Source of the DNA: Enterovirga sp.
Lineage (GTDB): Bacteria; Pseudomonadota; Alphaproteobacteria; Rhizobiales; Beijerinckiaceae
Length of the DNA stretch: 64,000 bases
NCBI RefSeq assembly: GCF_035325185.1
Contig: NZ_DAOLAJ010000005.1
Location: 5,166-69,165, forward strand
Direction of reading: 5' to 3'
The translations under genes and the position numbers were made by a program. Below are positions 18,494-28,970 of this stretch, piece by piece. Every line of letters starts with the position of its first letter. Within the stretch, counting starts at the first letter, position 1. The notes under the pieces were generated by a model. The model was not told the origin of the DNA, searched no databases, and worked only from the letters and a program-made list of their open reading frames with translations.

Positions 18494-21400
18494 TCAGATC
18501 CGTGCTTCTTTCGAATGACGCCGGCCGGCGGAGAGGGGCTCGGTGAACCCCTTGGGCGGCACCAGCACCTCGTTGGCCGAGACCGCCGCCGGGGCGGCCT
18601 GCCAGCTCTCGACGCCGGCCTTGGCCCGGGCGAGGTCGGCCGGGGAGAGGCGCCGGCCCACGTCGTCGCGCTTCCTGGCCGCATCCTCGTCGCCCTGCTG
18701 CGCGGCGATGGCGAGCCAGTGATAGGCGCGGGCGAAATCCTGCGAGGTGCCGAGGCCCCGCGCATAGAGGACGGCGAGGTTGAACTGGCTGTCCTTGACG
18801 CCGTGCTCGGCGGCCTTGGAAAACCACTCGACGGCCCCCGCATAATCGGGCTTGCCCCCTGCGCCATCCGCCAGCAGGACGGCGAGATTGTGCATGGCCC
18901 GCACGTTCCCGCCCGCGGCGGCGCGCCGATACCAGCTCTTCGCCTTCTCGATATCCCTCGGCACGCCCAGCCCGCGCTCGTAGCTGTTGCCGAGGCGGTA
19001 TTGCGCCGGGACCAGCCCCTTCTCGGCCGCCTTGCCGAACAGGCTCGCCGCCATCTTCGGATCGCGCGCCACGCCGCGGCCATCGGCCGCCCGGGCGGCG
19101 AGATCGTACAGCGCCACGGGATCGCCCCGGTCGGCGGCCTCCTTGAGCCCGACCGGAAGCAGGGCCGCCGAATCGCCGGCATTGGCCTGCCGCGCCTGGA
19201 CGAGCGGCGCCGGAGCGGCGATGCGAGCCGGCTCCTTGGGAGCCGCCGCTTCCGGCGCAGCCGGGGGCGCCGTCTCCGGCGCGGGCGCGATCGATTGGGT
19301 CGTCACCGGATCGGCGACGGGAGGGGGAGCCGGATTCGTCGCCGCCGTGACTTCGGCGCGCTCCTCGATCCGCTCGGCCGCCGCGACCGGCGCGGCCGGC
19401 GCCTCGGCGGCCGGCCGGCGGCTCGCGACGACGGGAGCGGCCGGTGCGACCGGCTTCGCGGCCGTCACCGTGACAGTGGCGCCCGGGAGCCGGTCGGCCA
19501 TCTGGGTCCTGACGATCTGCACCGTCCCGAGCGCCAGAACGATGGCGGCGGCCGCGAGCAGCAGCGGACGACGCTTGGAATCGATCAGCGCCCGCACGCG
19601 TCCGAGCATGTCCGAGGGCGACATCGTCCCGCGCGCGCCGGCCTTCGCCGCCGGGCGGGCCTTCGCCGCGCTGGCGGATTCGGCCGCCGCCGCCTGGGCC
19701 GCGCGGCGCGCCGCCGCGATGAAGCTCGACTTGATGTCCGGGGAGTCGATCGCCGCGGCCGCGGCCGCGATCGCATCCGCCGTCGACGGCCTGGGCGTGC
19801 CGCGAGGACGGACGGGCGGACGGGCCGCGCCGGGCTCGAGCAGCACCTCGTCGGCGGGAGGCGGCGCGAGCGGGGCGTCGGCCTCCGCCGGAAGGGAGGC
19901 GGCGGGGCGCTGGAGCGGGGCCGCCGCCGCAGGCTCCTCCGCCCAGGACGGCGCGGCAGGAGGCGGAGCCGCGGCGGGACGCCGACTCTCGGCAGGGTGC
20001 CGCCCCTCGGCAGGGAGCCGGCCTTCGGCCGGGCCGGACCCGCTTTCGAGCGAGGACAGCCGCGTCATGACGTCGGAGAGCGCGGACTGCACCGCGGACA
20101 GGCTCTGGCGCGTGCGCTCCTCGGCGACGGCGTAGCGGTCGCCGATCTCCACGAGATGGCGCTCGACCTCGGCCGCCACCGGCATGGAATCGATCGTCTC
20201 GGCCACGGCCGTCCGGGCGGCATGCTCGGCCGCCTCGATGGCGCCGTCGCGCCAGGAGGAGACCTGGTCGAGGATCGCGGACATCGAGCGCTCGAGCCCG
20301 GCAATGGCGGGATCGCGGCTCGGCGCCTCTCCCATCCGCGCGGCGATGGCCTGGATCTGGCGCTCCAGATGGTCGAGCGCCTCCGGGTCGGAAACCCGGC
20401 GCTCGACCCGCTCGATCTTGTCGACCAGGGCGGTGAGCGTGGCCTCGATGGGGCGGCCGATTTCGCGCAGGGCCTTGGCGGCCTCCTCGCGCGGGCTGGA
20501 GGTGCGCGCCAGGGACTCGAGGGAGGCGCGAAGCTCCTCGACCGCGCCGCGAAGCGTCTCGAATTCGCGCGGAGCCACCTGCCGGCCGCCGATCTCCGCG
20601 ATCTCGCGGCGGATGGCCGAAAGCTGCTGGTCCACGGCGCCGAGCGCCCGCGGGGCGTTCGCCTCGGCGAGGCCGCGGCGGACTTGCTCGATCTGGTCCG
20701 ACAGCGAGACGATCACCGAGGGATCGACGCCGCCATCGGCCACGCGGTCGAGCTTGCGCGAGAGGCTCTGGATGCCCTGCGCGATCGGCGCCATATCGAC
20801 GACGGGCGCCGGCTTCTGCTCGGAGAGCCGGCGGATCTCCGCCTGCAACCCCGCGAGATCGGGGGCCGGGCGATGCTCGGAGAGCCGACGGATCTCGGAC
20901 TGGAGCGCGGCGATCTCCTGGCTGGCGGTGGATTTCTCGCCGGCCCGGCGCAGCTCCATGATGTCTTCGGTGAGGGATTGCAGCCCCTTCTCCAGCCGCG
21001 AGAGATCGTCGCGGCGCGCCACCTCGGCCATCGAGCGCCGCAGCGTCTCGACCTCGCGCTGGACCTGCTGCTCCTTCTCGCCCGGCACCGGCATCTCGTT
21101 GATGCGGGTGGCGAGCTGGGAGATCTCCTGCCGGAGCGTGGTGAGCATCGCGGTCTGGGAACGGGCCAGGGTGCCGAGAGCCGGCAGCCCCGAGGGGCGG
21201 CGCATCTCGGGGGGATCGCGCTCCAGACGGGTCTGATGGGACCTGATCTCCTCCACGGCCGATTTCAGCTCCGCGCCGGATTTCAGCGGCCGGCGGCCGG
21301 CCGTTCCGGGCGCGGCGCCCAGCCTTCCGGCGACCTCGCCGAGCCGCGCCTCGAAGCCGCGCAGCGTCTCGTCGAGATCGGGGATGGCGCGGGCGGAGGA

Positions 21401-21865
21401 GCGCTGGCCCTGATCGGAGAGCCGGTCCTCGAGGCGCCGGATGGCGGCCAGGGCTTCGGACAATGTCCCGTCCCCCGATTCGGGACGGGCGGCGGAGTCG
21501 GGGCGGCCGGCCGCCGGCGCGGCCCCGGCGAGCTGTTGCTGGGCCTTCTCGATCCAGCTCGCGACCGAGTCGAGCGTCTCGGACATCCGCGAGGGCGCCT
21601 CCGGCTCCTGATCCTGCCCCGGGCCATGGCGATACTCCTCGCGCGGCCACGACTCCCGATGCGTGTCCCGCCGCTGCCCGCGGCCCTGCGCCTCGGCGTC
21701 GGCCCGGCCATGGCTCTCCTCCGCCTCCCGGCGCGGGTGGCCCTCGCGCCGCGCGCCGAAGCGCGAATCGTCGTCCGGCGAGGAGCCGAAATCGCTGGAG
21801 CGAACGTGCCTTCTCATCATCGCGGCGGCACTCACGTCGGAGGCGGGACGTCTCGAACCGGCCAC
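18494..21865 (-). CDS. podJ: PodJ-like polar organizing protein (coiled coil, TM, Sel1 repeats)
   Basis: Long coiled coil, PA-rich region, FIAAARRAAQAA, TM, Sel1 repeats (AQYRLG..YERG.GV, AMHNLA, SQFNLA). Synteny with TauE/TIGR02186 and ACAD. Start uncertain (21865 or about 21820). Confidence 0.78.
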   Translation of the reverse strand: MAGSRRPASDVSAAAMMRRHVRSSDFGSSPDDDSRFGARREGHPRREAEESHGRADAEAQGRGQRRDTHRESWPREEYRHGPGQDQEPEAPSRMSETLDSVASWIEKAQQQLAGAAPAAGRPDSAARPESGDGTLSEALAAIRRLEDRLSDQGQRSSARAIPDLDETLRGFEARLGEVAGRLGAAPGTAGRRPLKSGAELKSAVEEIRSHQTRLERDPPEMRRPSGLPALGTLARSQTAMLTTLRQEISQLATRINEMPVPGEKEQQVQREVETLRRSMAEVARRDDLSRLEKGLQSLTEDIMELRRAGEKSTASQEIAALQSEIRRLSEHRPAPDLAGLQAEIRRLSEQKPAPVVDMAPIAQGIQSLSRKLDRVADGGVDPSVIVSLSDQIEQVRRGLAEANAPRALGAVDQQLSAIRREIAEIGGRQVAPREFETLRGAVEELRASLESLARTSSPREEAAKALREIGRPIEATLTALVDKIERVERRVSDPEALDHLERQIQAIAARMGEAPSRDPAIAGLERSMSAILDQVSSWRDGAIEAAEHAARTAVAETIDSMPVAAEVERHLVEIGDRYAVAEERTRQSLSAVQSALSDVMTRLSSLESGSGPAEGRLPAEGRHPAESRRPAAAPPPAAPSWAEEPAAAAPLQRPAASLPAEADAPLAPPPADEVLLEPGAARPPVRPRGTPRPSTADAIAAAAAAIDSPDIKSSFIAAARRAAQAAAAESASAAKARPAAKAGARGTMSPSDMLGRVRALIDSKRRPLLLAAAAIVLALGTVQIVRTQMADRLPGATVTVTAAKPVAPAAPVVASRRPAAEAPAAPVAAAERIEERAEVTAATNPAPPPVADPVTTQSIAPAPETAPPAAPEAAAPKEPARIAAPAPLVQARQANAGDSAALLPVGLKEAADRGDPVALYDLAARAADGRGVARDPKMAASLFGKAAEKGLVPAQYRLGNSYERGLGVPRDIEKAKSWYRRAAAGGNVRAMHNLAVLLADGAGGKPDYAGAVEWFSKAAEHGVKDSQFNLAVLYARGLGTSQDFARAYHWLAIAAQQGDEDAARKRDDVGRRLSPADLARAKAGVESWQAAPAAVSANEVLVPPKGFTEPLSAGRRHSKEARI

Positions 21866-21958
21866 CCGGCCCCGCGGCGGATGGCGTCGCGTGATCGGAG
21901 AGATCCTTGCCGGATTCCCCCCTTGCCACGAGATATTCCCGACCTTTGCGGGTCAGGG

Positions 21959-21981
21959 TAAACACCGGGTTAATTGGTTAA
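21959..21981. promoter_or_regulatory. Putative CtrA-binding site upstream of podJ
   Basis: TAAA-CACCGGG-TTAA (1 mismatch to TTAA-N7-TTAA), followed by TTGGTTAAC. Confidence 0.45.
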
Positions 21982-22087
21982 CGCTTTCCGGGCAGGCGCC
22001 GGCAGGTCCTGCTCGCGAGGTCGTGTTTACGGTTCGGACCCCATAGATTGCGGACCGGGCCGCTGGGCCGAGGCGGGGAGAAGCACG

Positions 22088-23881
22088 ATGGCGATCTACA
22101 AGGCGCCCGTGGAGGACGTCCTGTTCATTCTCGGGGAGGTGCTGCACTACGAGCGGTACAGCAACCTTCCCGGCTTCTCCGACGCGCCCCCGGATGTCCT
22201 GGAGGCGATTCTCGCCGAGGGGGCGAAGCTCTGCGAGGAGGCGATCCAGCCCCTCAACGCCGTCGGCGACCGGGAGGGCTGCACGCGCCATCCCGACGGC
22301 TCCGTGACGACGCCGGCGGGCTTCAAGGCGGCCTACGACGCCTATCGGAACGGCGGCTGGCTCGGCCTGTCGGCGCCCGCGGACTATGGCGGCCAGGGCC
22401 TGCCGATGACGCTGAACACCGTCATGCAGGAATTCATCTCCTCCGCGAACCTCGCCTTCGGCATGTATCCGGGCCTGACGCAGGGCGCGATCGCGGCCCT
22501 CCTCGTCCACGGCTCGCAGGAGCAGAAGCGGACCTACCTGCCGAAGATGATCACCGGCGAATGGGCCGGCACCATGAACCTGACCGAGCCCCATTGCGGC
22601 ACCGATCTCGGCCTCCTCAAGACGAAGGCGGTGCCGCAGCCGGACGGCTCCTACGCCCTTTCGGGCACCAAGATCTTCATCTCGGCCGGCGAGCACGACC
22701 TCGCCGAGAACATCATCCATCTCGTCCTCGCGCGGATCGAGGGGGCGCCGGAGGGCACGCGGGGCATCTCGCTCTTCGTCGTGCCGAAATTCCTGGTCCA
22801 GGCGGACGGCGCCCTCGGCGCGCACAACGGCGTCTCCTGCGGCTCGATCGAGCACAAGATGGGCATCCACGGCAACGCGACCTGCGTGATGAACTACGAC
22901 GGCGCCAGGGGCTGGCTCGTCGGGGGCGAGAACAAGGGCCTCGCCGCCATGTTCGTGATGATGAACGAGGCGCGGCTCGCGGTCGGCATGCAGGGGCTCT
23001 CCCAGTCCGAGGTCGCCTGCCAGAACGCCGCCGCCTATGCGCGGGAGCGTCTCCAGGGCCGCGCGCTGACCGGGCCGAAATTCCCGGACAAGCCGGCCGA
23101 TCCGATCATCGTCCATCCCGACGTGCGCCGGACCCTCTTGCAGATCCGCGCCTTCAACGAGGGCGCCCGGGCGCTCGCGCTCTGGGCGGCGCTCTCCTCC
23201 GACGTCGCCCATCGCTCGCCGGATCCCAAGGAGCGGCAAGCGGCGGACGACCGGCTCCAGCTCCTGACCCCCGTCATCAAGGGCGTCTTCACCGAGCTCG
23301 GCTTCGCCAATGCCGTCCAGGCGCAGCAGGTCTTCGGCGGCCACGGCTATATCGAGGAGACGGGCATGTCGCAGTTCGTGCGCGATGCCCGCATCACCAT
23401 GGTCTATGAAGGCGCCAACGGCGTCCAGGCCATGGATCTCGTCGGCCGCAAGCTCGGCCGCGACGGGGGCCGGGCCGTCATGACCTTCTTCGGCGAGGTG
23501 GCCGCCTTCTGCCGCGAGAACGCCGGGGAGGAGGCGCTGAAGCCTTTCGTCGCCTCCCTCGCCAAGAGCCTGGAGCACGCTCAGGCGAGCGCGATGTGGT
23601 TCGCCCAGAACGCCATGGCCAAGCCCGACAATGCCGGCGCGGGCGCGACCGACTTCATGCATCTCCTGGGCCTTCTCGCCATGGGCTACATGTGGGGCCG
23701 CATGGCCAAGGCGGCGCTGGCGAAGAAGGCGGCGGGCGAGGATCCGGGCGGGCGCATGGAGGCGAAGCTGATCACGGCCCGCTTCTTCGCCGAGCACATG
23801 CTGCCCGAGACGAGCCTTCGCTATCGCCGCATCCAGGCCGGCGCCAGCGCCGTCATGGCGATGCCGGCGGAGATGTTCTAG
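22088..23881 (+). CDS. Acyl-CoA dehydrogenase
   Basis: MAIYKAPVED, GTMNLTEPHCGTDLG, KIFISAGEHD, HKMGIHGNATC, GGHGYIEE, YEGANGVQAMDL. Confidence 0.95.
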   Translation: MAIYKAPVEDVLFILGEVLHYERYSNLPGFSDAPPDVLEAILAEGAKLCEEAIQPLNAVGDREGCTRHPDGSVTTPAGFKAAYDAYRNGGWLGLSAPADYGGQGLPMTLNTVMQEFISSANLAFGMYPGLTQGAIAALLVHGSQEQKRTYLPKMITGEWAGTMNLTEPHCGTDLGLLKTKAVPQPDGSYALSGTKIFISAGEHDLAENIIHLVLARIEGAPEGTRGISLFVVPKFLVQADGALGAHNGVSCGSIEHKMGIHGNATCVMNYDGARGWLVGGENKGLAAMFVMMNEARLAVGMQGLSQSEVACQNAAAYARERLQGRALTGPKFPDKPADPIIVHPDVRRTLLQIRAFNEGARALALWAALSSDVAHRSPDPKERQAADDRLQLLTPVIKGVFTELGFANAVQAQQVFGGHGYIEETGMSQFVRDARITMVYEGANGVQAMDLVGRKLGRDGGRAVMTFFGEVAAFCRENAGEEALKPFVASLAKSLEHAQASAMWFAQNAMAKPDNAGAGATDFMHLLGLLAMGYMWGRMAKAALAKKAAGEDPGGRMEAKLITARFFAEHMLPETSLRYRRIQAGASAVMAMPAEMF

Positions 23882-23917
23882 AGGCTGTCACGACGCTTCG
23901 CTGAGAGGACGAGGATC

Positions 23918-24757
23918 ATGCGGGCCTTCCTGATCGCGCTTCTGTGCATGACCGTCTCGACGGCGGCGCTCGCGACGGACACGCTGAAGCGGGTCCGCGA
24001 GACGGGCACGCTGCGGCTCGGCGTGCGGTCCGACGCGCCGCCCTATTCCTACCGGGCGGCCAACGGCGATCCGGCCGGCTATATCGTCGATCTCTGCCGG
24101 GAGGTCGCAGCCGCCATCGCGAAGGCGGAGAAGGTCCCCTCGCTGAAGATCGACTATGTCGACGTCTCCTCGACGACCCGCCTGACCGCGGTGCGGGACG
24201 GCAAGGTCGATCTTCTCTGCGACCCGACCTCGATGACGATGTCGCGCCGCTCCCTGGTGGATTTCTCGCTGCCGACCTTCATCGACGGCGCCGGCGTGCT
24301 GCATCGGGCCAACGAATCGTACCGGCTCGAGGATCTGGACGGCAAGAAGATCGGCGTCCTCCAGGGCACGACGACCGAGGAATCCCTGCGCTCGACCCTG
24401 GCGCAGCTCGGAACCAAGGTCGAGATCGTCCCCATGCAGACTCATCCCGAGGGGGTGCGCAGCCTCTCCGCGGGAAAGATCGACGCCTATTTCGGCGATC
24501 GCGGCATCCTCAGCTATCACCTGATCAACAGCCGGGCCTCCACCGCCCTGAAGCTCGCCGACCAGTACTACACCTTCGAGACCTATGCGCTGGCCCTGCC
24601 GCGCGGCGACGAGAAGCTGCGCCTGCTCGTCGATGCCACGCTGGCGGATCTCTACCGCACGGACCGCGTGAAGAAGATCTACAACCAGAGCTTCGGGACC
24701 TTCCCGCCCGACCAGTTCATCCGGGCGCTCTTCGTCATCAACGGCGTGCCGAAATAG
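23918..24757 (+). CDS. Amino-acid ABC transporter substrate-binding protein (GltI-like)
   Basis: Signal peptide, LRLGVRSDAPPYS, RLTAVRDGKVDL, VDFSLPTF. Confidence 0.85.
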   Translation: MRAFLIALLCMTVSTAALATDTLKRVRETGTLRLGVRSDAPPYSYRAANGDPAGYIVDLCREVAAAIAKAEKVPSLKIDYVDVSSTTRLTAVRDGKVDLLCDPTSMTMSRRSLVDFSLPTFIDGAGVLHRANESYRLEDLDGKKIGVLQGTTTEESLRSTLAQLGTKVEIVPMQTHPEGVRSLSAGKIDAYFGDRGILSYHLINSRASTALKLADQYYTFETYALALPRGDEKLRLLVDATLADLYRTDRVKKIYNQSFGTFPPDQFIRALFVINGVPK

Positions 24758-24785
24758 GGAGCGGTTCTCCCCGCCAGCGGCAGGG

Positions 24786-25097
24786 CTATCGCATCTGGCG
24801 GCTTCCGCCGCGCCGCCCCTCCCCCGAGGCCCGGCCCTGGTCGCGAAGCTCGGCGAGCGCGCGGCGCAGGCCGTGCAACTGGTCCATCAGGTGGAGCACC
24901 ACGTCGACGCCCTCGTGATTGACGCCGAGGTCGCGGATCAATTCCTGGATGAGATGGGCGCGGGCGACGTCGCGGTCCGAGAAGCGGGAGCCGGCCGGCG
25001 TCTCCGCCGGGACGAGCCATTGCCGCTCGATCCAGAATTCCAGCGTCTGGACCTGGAGTCCCGAGGAGGTCAGGAATTCCTGCTTGGTCATGATCAT
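24786..25097 (-). CDS. cbpM: Chaperone modulator CbpM
   Basis: [33 protein letters not shown]; overlaps the cbpA stop. Confidence 0.85.
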   Translation of the reverse strand: MIMTKQEFLTSSGLQVQTLEFWIERQWLVPAETPAGSRFSDRDVARAHLIQELIRDLGVNHEGVDVVLHLMDQLHGLRRALAELRDQGRASGEGRRGGSRQMR

Positions 25098-25999
25098 GAC
25101 GCGCCGGCCTCACGGGGATTGTGGTCCTTGCCCTGGCTCCACTTCGCCACGAACTCCTCGAGCTCGGGATCGGGGGACTTGGGCAGCACCACCTTCAGCT
25201 TGACGTATTGATCGCCGTGGCCGCCCTCGCGGCGGGGAGCCCCCTTGCCTTTCAGGCGCAGCCTCGTGCCCGTATTCGAGCCTTTCGGCACCGCCATCGA
25301 CACCTCGCCGGTCGGGGTCGGGACGATGACGCGCCCGCCCAGGATCGCCTCGGCGAGCGAGACGGGAAGCTCGAGCGTGATGTCGTCGCCCTCGCGCGTG
25401 AAGCGCGGATCGGGCAGCACCTCCACCTCGATGAGGGCGTCGCCGGGGCCGCCCGTCCCGGCGCCCGGCGCCCCCTTGCCCTTGAGGCGCAGGACCTGCC
25501 CGTCGAGCATGCCGGGGGGAATCTTGACGTCGAGCGTGCCGCCCTCGGGCAGCGTCAGGCGCTTCGTCGCCCCCGCGATCGATTCGGAGAACTCGATCGG
25601 CAGCCGGTAATGGAGATCGGCGCCCCGCCGGTTCGCGCGGGCCCGCTGCCCGCGCCGCAGGAGTTCCGCGAAGGCGTCGTCGGCCTCCGCGAAATCGGCG
25701 AAGCCGGCATTGCTCGTATAGGCGTGGCCGTCATCCTCCGCCGCGAAGTCGCGGTAATAGCGATATTGCGGCTTCTCCGCCCCGGCGGCATCGATCTCGC
25801 CGGCATCGAAGCGCCGGCGCTTCTCGGCATCGCCGAGGAGGTCGTAGGCGCCCGCGACCTCCTTGAACTTCTCCTCGGCCGCCTTGTCGCCGGGATTGAG
25901 ATCCGGGTGCAGCTTCTTGGCGAGGCCCCGATAGGCCTTCTGGATCTCGGCCGCCGTTGCGGTCCGGGCGACGCCGAGAACCTCGTAGGGGTCCCTCAC
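25094..25999 (-). CDS. cbpA: CbpA/DnaJ-class co-chaperone
   Basis: J domain with HPD, DnaJ C-terminal domain, no zinc finger. Confidence 0.9.
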   Translation of the reverse strand: MRDPYEVLGVARTATAAEIQKAYRGLAKKLHPDLNPGDKAAEEKFKEVAGAYDLLGDAEKRRRFDAGEIDAAGAEKPQYRYYRDFAAEDDGHAYTSNAGFADFAEADDAFAELLRRGQRARANRRGADLHYRLPIEFSESIAGATKRLTLPEGGTLDVKIPPGMLDGQVLRLKGKGAPGAGTGGPGDALIEVEVLPDPRFTREGDDITLELPVSLAEAILGGRVIVPTPTGEVSMAVPKGSNTGTRLRLKGKGAPRREGGHGDQYVKLKVVLPKSPDPELEEFVAKWSQGKDHNPREAGAS

Positions 26000-26220
26000 G
26001 GCGCATTCCCCCGCTCGTCCGCGGCACCGTCGGCCAAGGTCATCGAGACGCCCTCGATCTTCATCGCCCGCCCCGGCGGCGGCGCGGCCGGAGCCTATCC
26101 GCCGCGCCCCGCCCCGCCAAGATCGCCCCCGCCCCCTCCCGATGGAAAACGGATGGCCCGTTCAATCCGTCACCCTGCGGCCTTATCCTGCCGGGATCGC
26201 GAGGGATGGCGAGGGACCGA

Positions 26221-27150
26221 ATGACGGCACGCAACTGCATTCTGATCGGCGCCCCGGTCCAGGACGGGGCGGGCCGGCTCGGCTGCGACATGGGGCCCAG
26301 CGCCTATCGCGCCGCCGGCCTGCGCGAGACCCTGGCGGAACTGGGCCTCGCGGTGGAGGATCGCGGCAATCTCGCCCCGGCGCCCTTCCGGAACCTGTCC
26401 CATCCCAACCCGGCGATCCGCAACCTCGCGGCCTTCGACGCCTGGACGCGCGCCCTCGACGAGGCCGCCTTCGCGGCGAGCGGCGCGGGGCTGCCGATCT
26501 TCCTCGGTGGGGACCATTCGCTGTCGGCGGGCACGGTGGCGGGGATGGCGCGGCGGGCGCGGCACGAGGGACGCGAATTCTTCGTGCTCTGGCTCGATTC
26601 CCATCCCGATTTCCACACGCTGGAGACGACGACGAGCGGCAATCTCCACGGCGTCCCCATGGCCTATGTCACGGGCCTCCCCGGCTTCGGCGATGTCCTG
26701 CCCGCGCCGGCCGCGCCCGTGCGGCCGGAGAACGTCTGCATGATCGGCATCCGCAGCGTCGATCCCGCCGAGCGCCGGGCGCTGGCCGGGACGGGCGTCT
26801 TCGTCTGCGACATGCGCGCGATCGACGAGAACGGCATCGCGGTGCTGCTGCGCCGCTTCCTCGACCGCGTCGAGGCGGTGGACGGGATGATTCACGTCTC
26901 CCTCGACGTCGATTTCCTCGACCCCGCCATCGCGCCCGGCGTCGGCACGACGGTGCCGGGCGGGGCCACCTTCCGCGAGGCGCACCTGGCGATGGAGATG
27001 CTGCACGACAGCGGCCGGGTCTCCTCGCTCGACCTCGTCGAGCTGAACCCCTTCCTGGACGAGCGCGGGCGCACCGCGCTGCTCATGGCCGATCTCGCCG
27101 CAAGCCTGATGGGCCGCAAGATCCTCGACCGTCCGACCAGGAGCTACTGA
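26221..27150 (+). CDS. rocF: Arginase
   Basis: [45 protein letters not shown]. Confidence 0.93.
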   Translation: MTARNCILIGAPVQDGAGRLGCDMGPSAYRAAGLRETLAELGLAVEDRGNLAPAPFRNLSHPNPAIRNLAAFDAWTRALDEAAFAASGAGLPIFLGGDHSLSAGTVAGMARRARHEGREFFVLWLDSHPDFHTLETTTSGNLHGVPMAYVTGLPGFGDVLPAPAAPVRPENVCMIGIRSVDPAERRALAGTGVFVCDMRAIDENGIAVLLRRFLDRVEAVDGMIHVSLDVDFLDPAIAPGVGTTVPGGATFREAHLAMEMLHDSGRVSSLDLVELNPFLDERGRTALLMADLAASLMGRKILDRPTRSY

Positions 27151-27153
27151 GCC

Positions 27154-28191
27154 ATGCAGGCCCGGCTGAACATCGTCCCCTTCGTCAGCGTCGACCACAT
27201 GATGAAGCTCGTGCTCGCGACCGGCGTCGAGCGCTTCATCAAGGAGCTGGCGGGCGTCATCGAGGAGGATTTCCGGCGCTGGCACGTTTTCGACAAGAAG
27301 CCGCGCATCGCCTCCCATTCCGCCAAGGGGGTCATCGAGCTGATGCCGACCTCGGACGGCACCACCTACGGCTTCAAATACGTCAACGGCCATCCGGCGA
27401 ACATGCGCGAGGGACGCCAGACGGTGACGGCCTTCGGGGTGCTCGCCGATGTCGGCAGCGGCTATCCGATGCTGCTCACCGAGATGACCATCCTCACGGC
27501 CCTGCGCACCGCCGCAACCTCGGCCCTCGCCGGCTCCCGTCTCGCCCGCAGGGATGCGCGCACCATGGCGGTGATCGGCAACGGGGCGCAGGCCGAGTTC
27601 CAGGCCCTCGCCTTCAAGGCGCTGCTCGGGATCGACCGGCTCCGGCTCTACGACATCGACCCCACCGCGACGGCGAAATGCGTGCGCAACCTCTCGAGGT
27701 TCGGCTTCGAGATGCGATCCTGCTCCAGCGTCGAGGAGGCGGTCCAGGGCGCCGACATCGTGACGACGGTGACGGCGGACAAGCGCAACGCCACGATCCT
27801 GACCGACAATCTCGTCGGTGCGGGCCTCCACATCAACGCCGTGGGCGGGGACAGCCCAGGCAAGACCGAGCTGCATGCCGACATCCTGCACCGCTCCGAC
27901 ATCTTCGTCGAATATGCCCCGCAGACGCGGATCGAGGGCGAGATCCAGCAGCTCGCCCACGACCATCCCGTCACCGAGCTGGCGGAGGTGATCGCCGGAC
28001 GCGCGCCGGGGCGGCGCGATGCCGGGCAGATCACGCTCTTCGATTCGGTCGGGTTCGCCGTCGAGGATTTCTCGGCGCTCCGCTATGTGCGCGCGAAGCT
28101 CGAAGGCACGGGCTTCTTCGAGGAGCTGGACCTCCTCGCGGATCCCGACGAGCCGCGCGACCTCTTCGGCATGCTGCTGCGGGCGGCCTGA
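27154..28191 (+). CDS. ocd: Ornithine cyclodeaminase
   Basis: GVIELMP, FKYVNGHP, RTAATSA, GNGAQAEFQ, FDSVGFAVED. Confidence 0.94.
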   Translation: MQARLNIVPFVSVDHMMKLVLATGVERFIKELAGVIEEDFRRWHVFDKKPRIASHSAKGVIELMPTSDGTTYGFKYVNGHPANMREGRQTVTAFGVLADVGSGYPMLLTEMTILTALRTAATSALAGSRLARRDARTMAVIGNGAQAEFQALAFKALLGIDRLRLYDIDPTATAKCVRNLSRFGFEMRSCSSVEEAVQGADIVTTVTADKRNATILTDNLVGAGLHINAVGGDSPGKTELHADILHRSDIFVEYAPQTRIEGEIQQLAHDHPVTELAEVIAGRAPGRRDAGQITLFDSVGFAVEDFSALRYVRAKLEGTGFFEELDLLADPDEPRDLFGMLLRAA

Positions 28192-28200
28192 TCCCGGCGA

Positions 28201-28461
28201 TCACTCGGGCGCCCTGCGGCAGCGCCAGGTTCCGTCCGCAGCCTTCGAGAGCTGCCACGTCCTGCCCTCGACGGCATGCTTCCTGGCCGTCCGGTAGGGA
28301 GGCACATGGAGCAGGATGTCTTCGCCCTCCATCCGGCATTCGGACATCACGATGGTCCCATCGGAGAATTCGACGAGGCATCCCGGCCCCGGCTCGCCAT
28401 CCTCCTCGACCGAGACGCGGCTGCCGGGAAATGCGTGGCTATGGGTGAAGACGAAGCGCAT
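28201..28461 (-). CDS. Hypothetical protein (86 aa)
   Basis: Non-shadow, protein-like composition in an otherwise empty gap. Confidence 0.65.
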   Translation of the reverse strand: MRFVFTHSHAFPGSRVSVEEDGEPGPGCLVEFSDGTIVMSECRMEGEDILLHVPPYRTARKHAVEGRTWQLSKAADGTWRCRRAPE

Positions 28462-28539
28462 CGGATGTCTCCTGCCGCCCGGGGACCGCGTCCGCAGGCG
28501 AGCGGCGGCGGGGACAGGAGCTCCGCCTCCCGTCCACGG

Positions 28540-28848
28540 CTATTTTCCAGCCGTCGCGACCAGGGCGTTGAGGCGGTTGCGATCGAGCTTCCCGCGCGTC
28601 TTGGGCTCGGCCTCCGCCGGACGGGGAGCGCCCGCGCTCATCCGCAGCATGCGGTCGATCTCGCCGCGGCGCACGAGCCCCGCCGAATGCCAGCCCGCGA
28701 TCACCGTCAGACATCCGACCACGAGGCAGGCCATCAGAGAGCGCAGGCCGAGCCTGCGCCATGCCCGGGGGCGGGCGGGCGGCTGGGGGGGGGGGGGCGG
28801 CGCTTGGGGGGCGGGGGCTGGGCGGCGGGGCTGGCGGGGCGAGGCCAT
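28540..28848 (-). CDS. Hypothetical Pro-rich small membrane protein (102 aa)
   Basis: Poly-Pro N-terminus, one TM (LMACLVVGCLTVIAGW). Confidence 0.5.
   Translation of the reverse strand: MASPRQPRRPAPAPQAPPPPPQPPARPRAWRRLGLRSLMACLVVGCLTVIAGWHSAGLVRRGEIDRMLRMSAGAPRPAEAEPKTRGKLDRNRLNALVATAGK
28767..28839 (+). repeat. G-run cluster including a G13 homopolymer (28785-28797)
   Basis: At least eight runs of 3 or more G within 73 nt. Confidence 0.85.
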
Positions 28849-28970
28849 GCCCGATCCTCCCGCATCGCCCTTAGCGAGCCGATAATGGCGACCGGGCTTC
28901 CCGGCGGAATGTGGCCCGCGAGCGATGGACGCGGGCGGGAAGCGATGCGAGATACGGCCGCGACAGACGG

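Noticed and set aside
16674-21965. 1763-aa minus-strand ORF
   Set aside because: Only the last 258 aa (TIGR02186-like) are real; the rest is an off-frame reading of podJ and tauE.
26221-28191. Arginase-ornithine cyclodeaminase operon as a novelty
   Set aside because: Ordinary Arg-to-Pro route in alphaproteobacteria.
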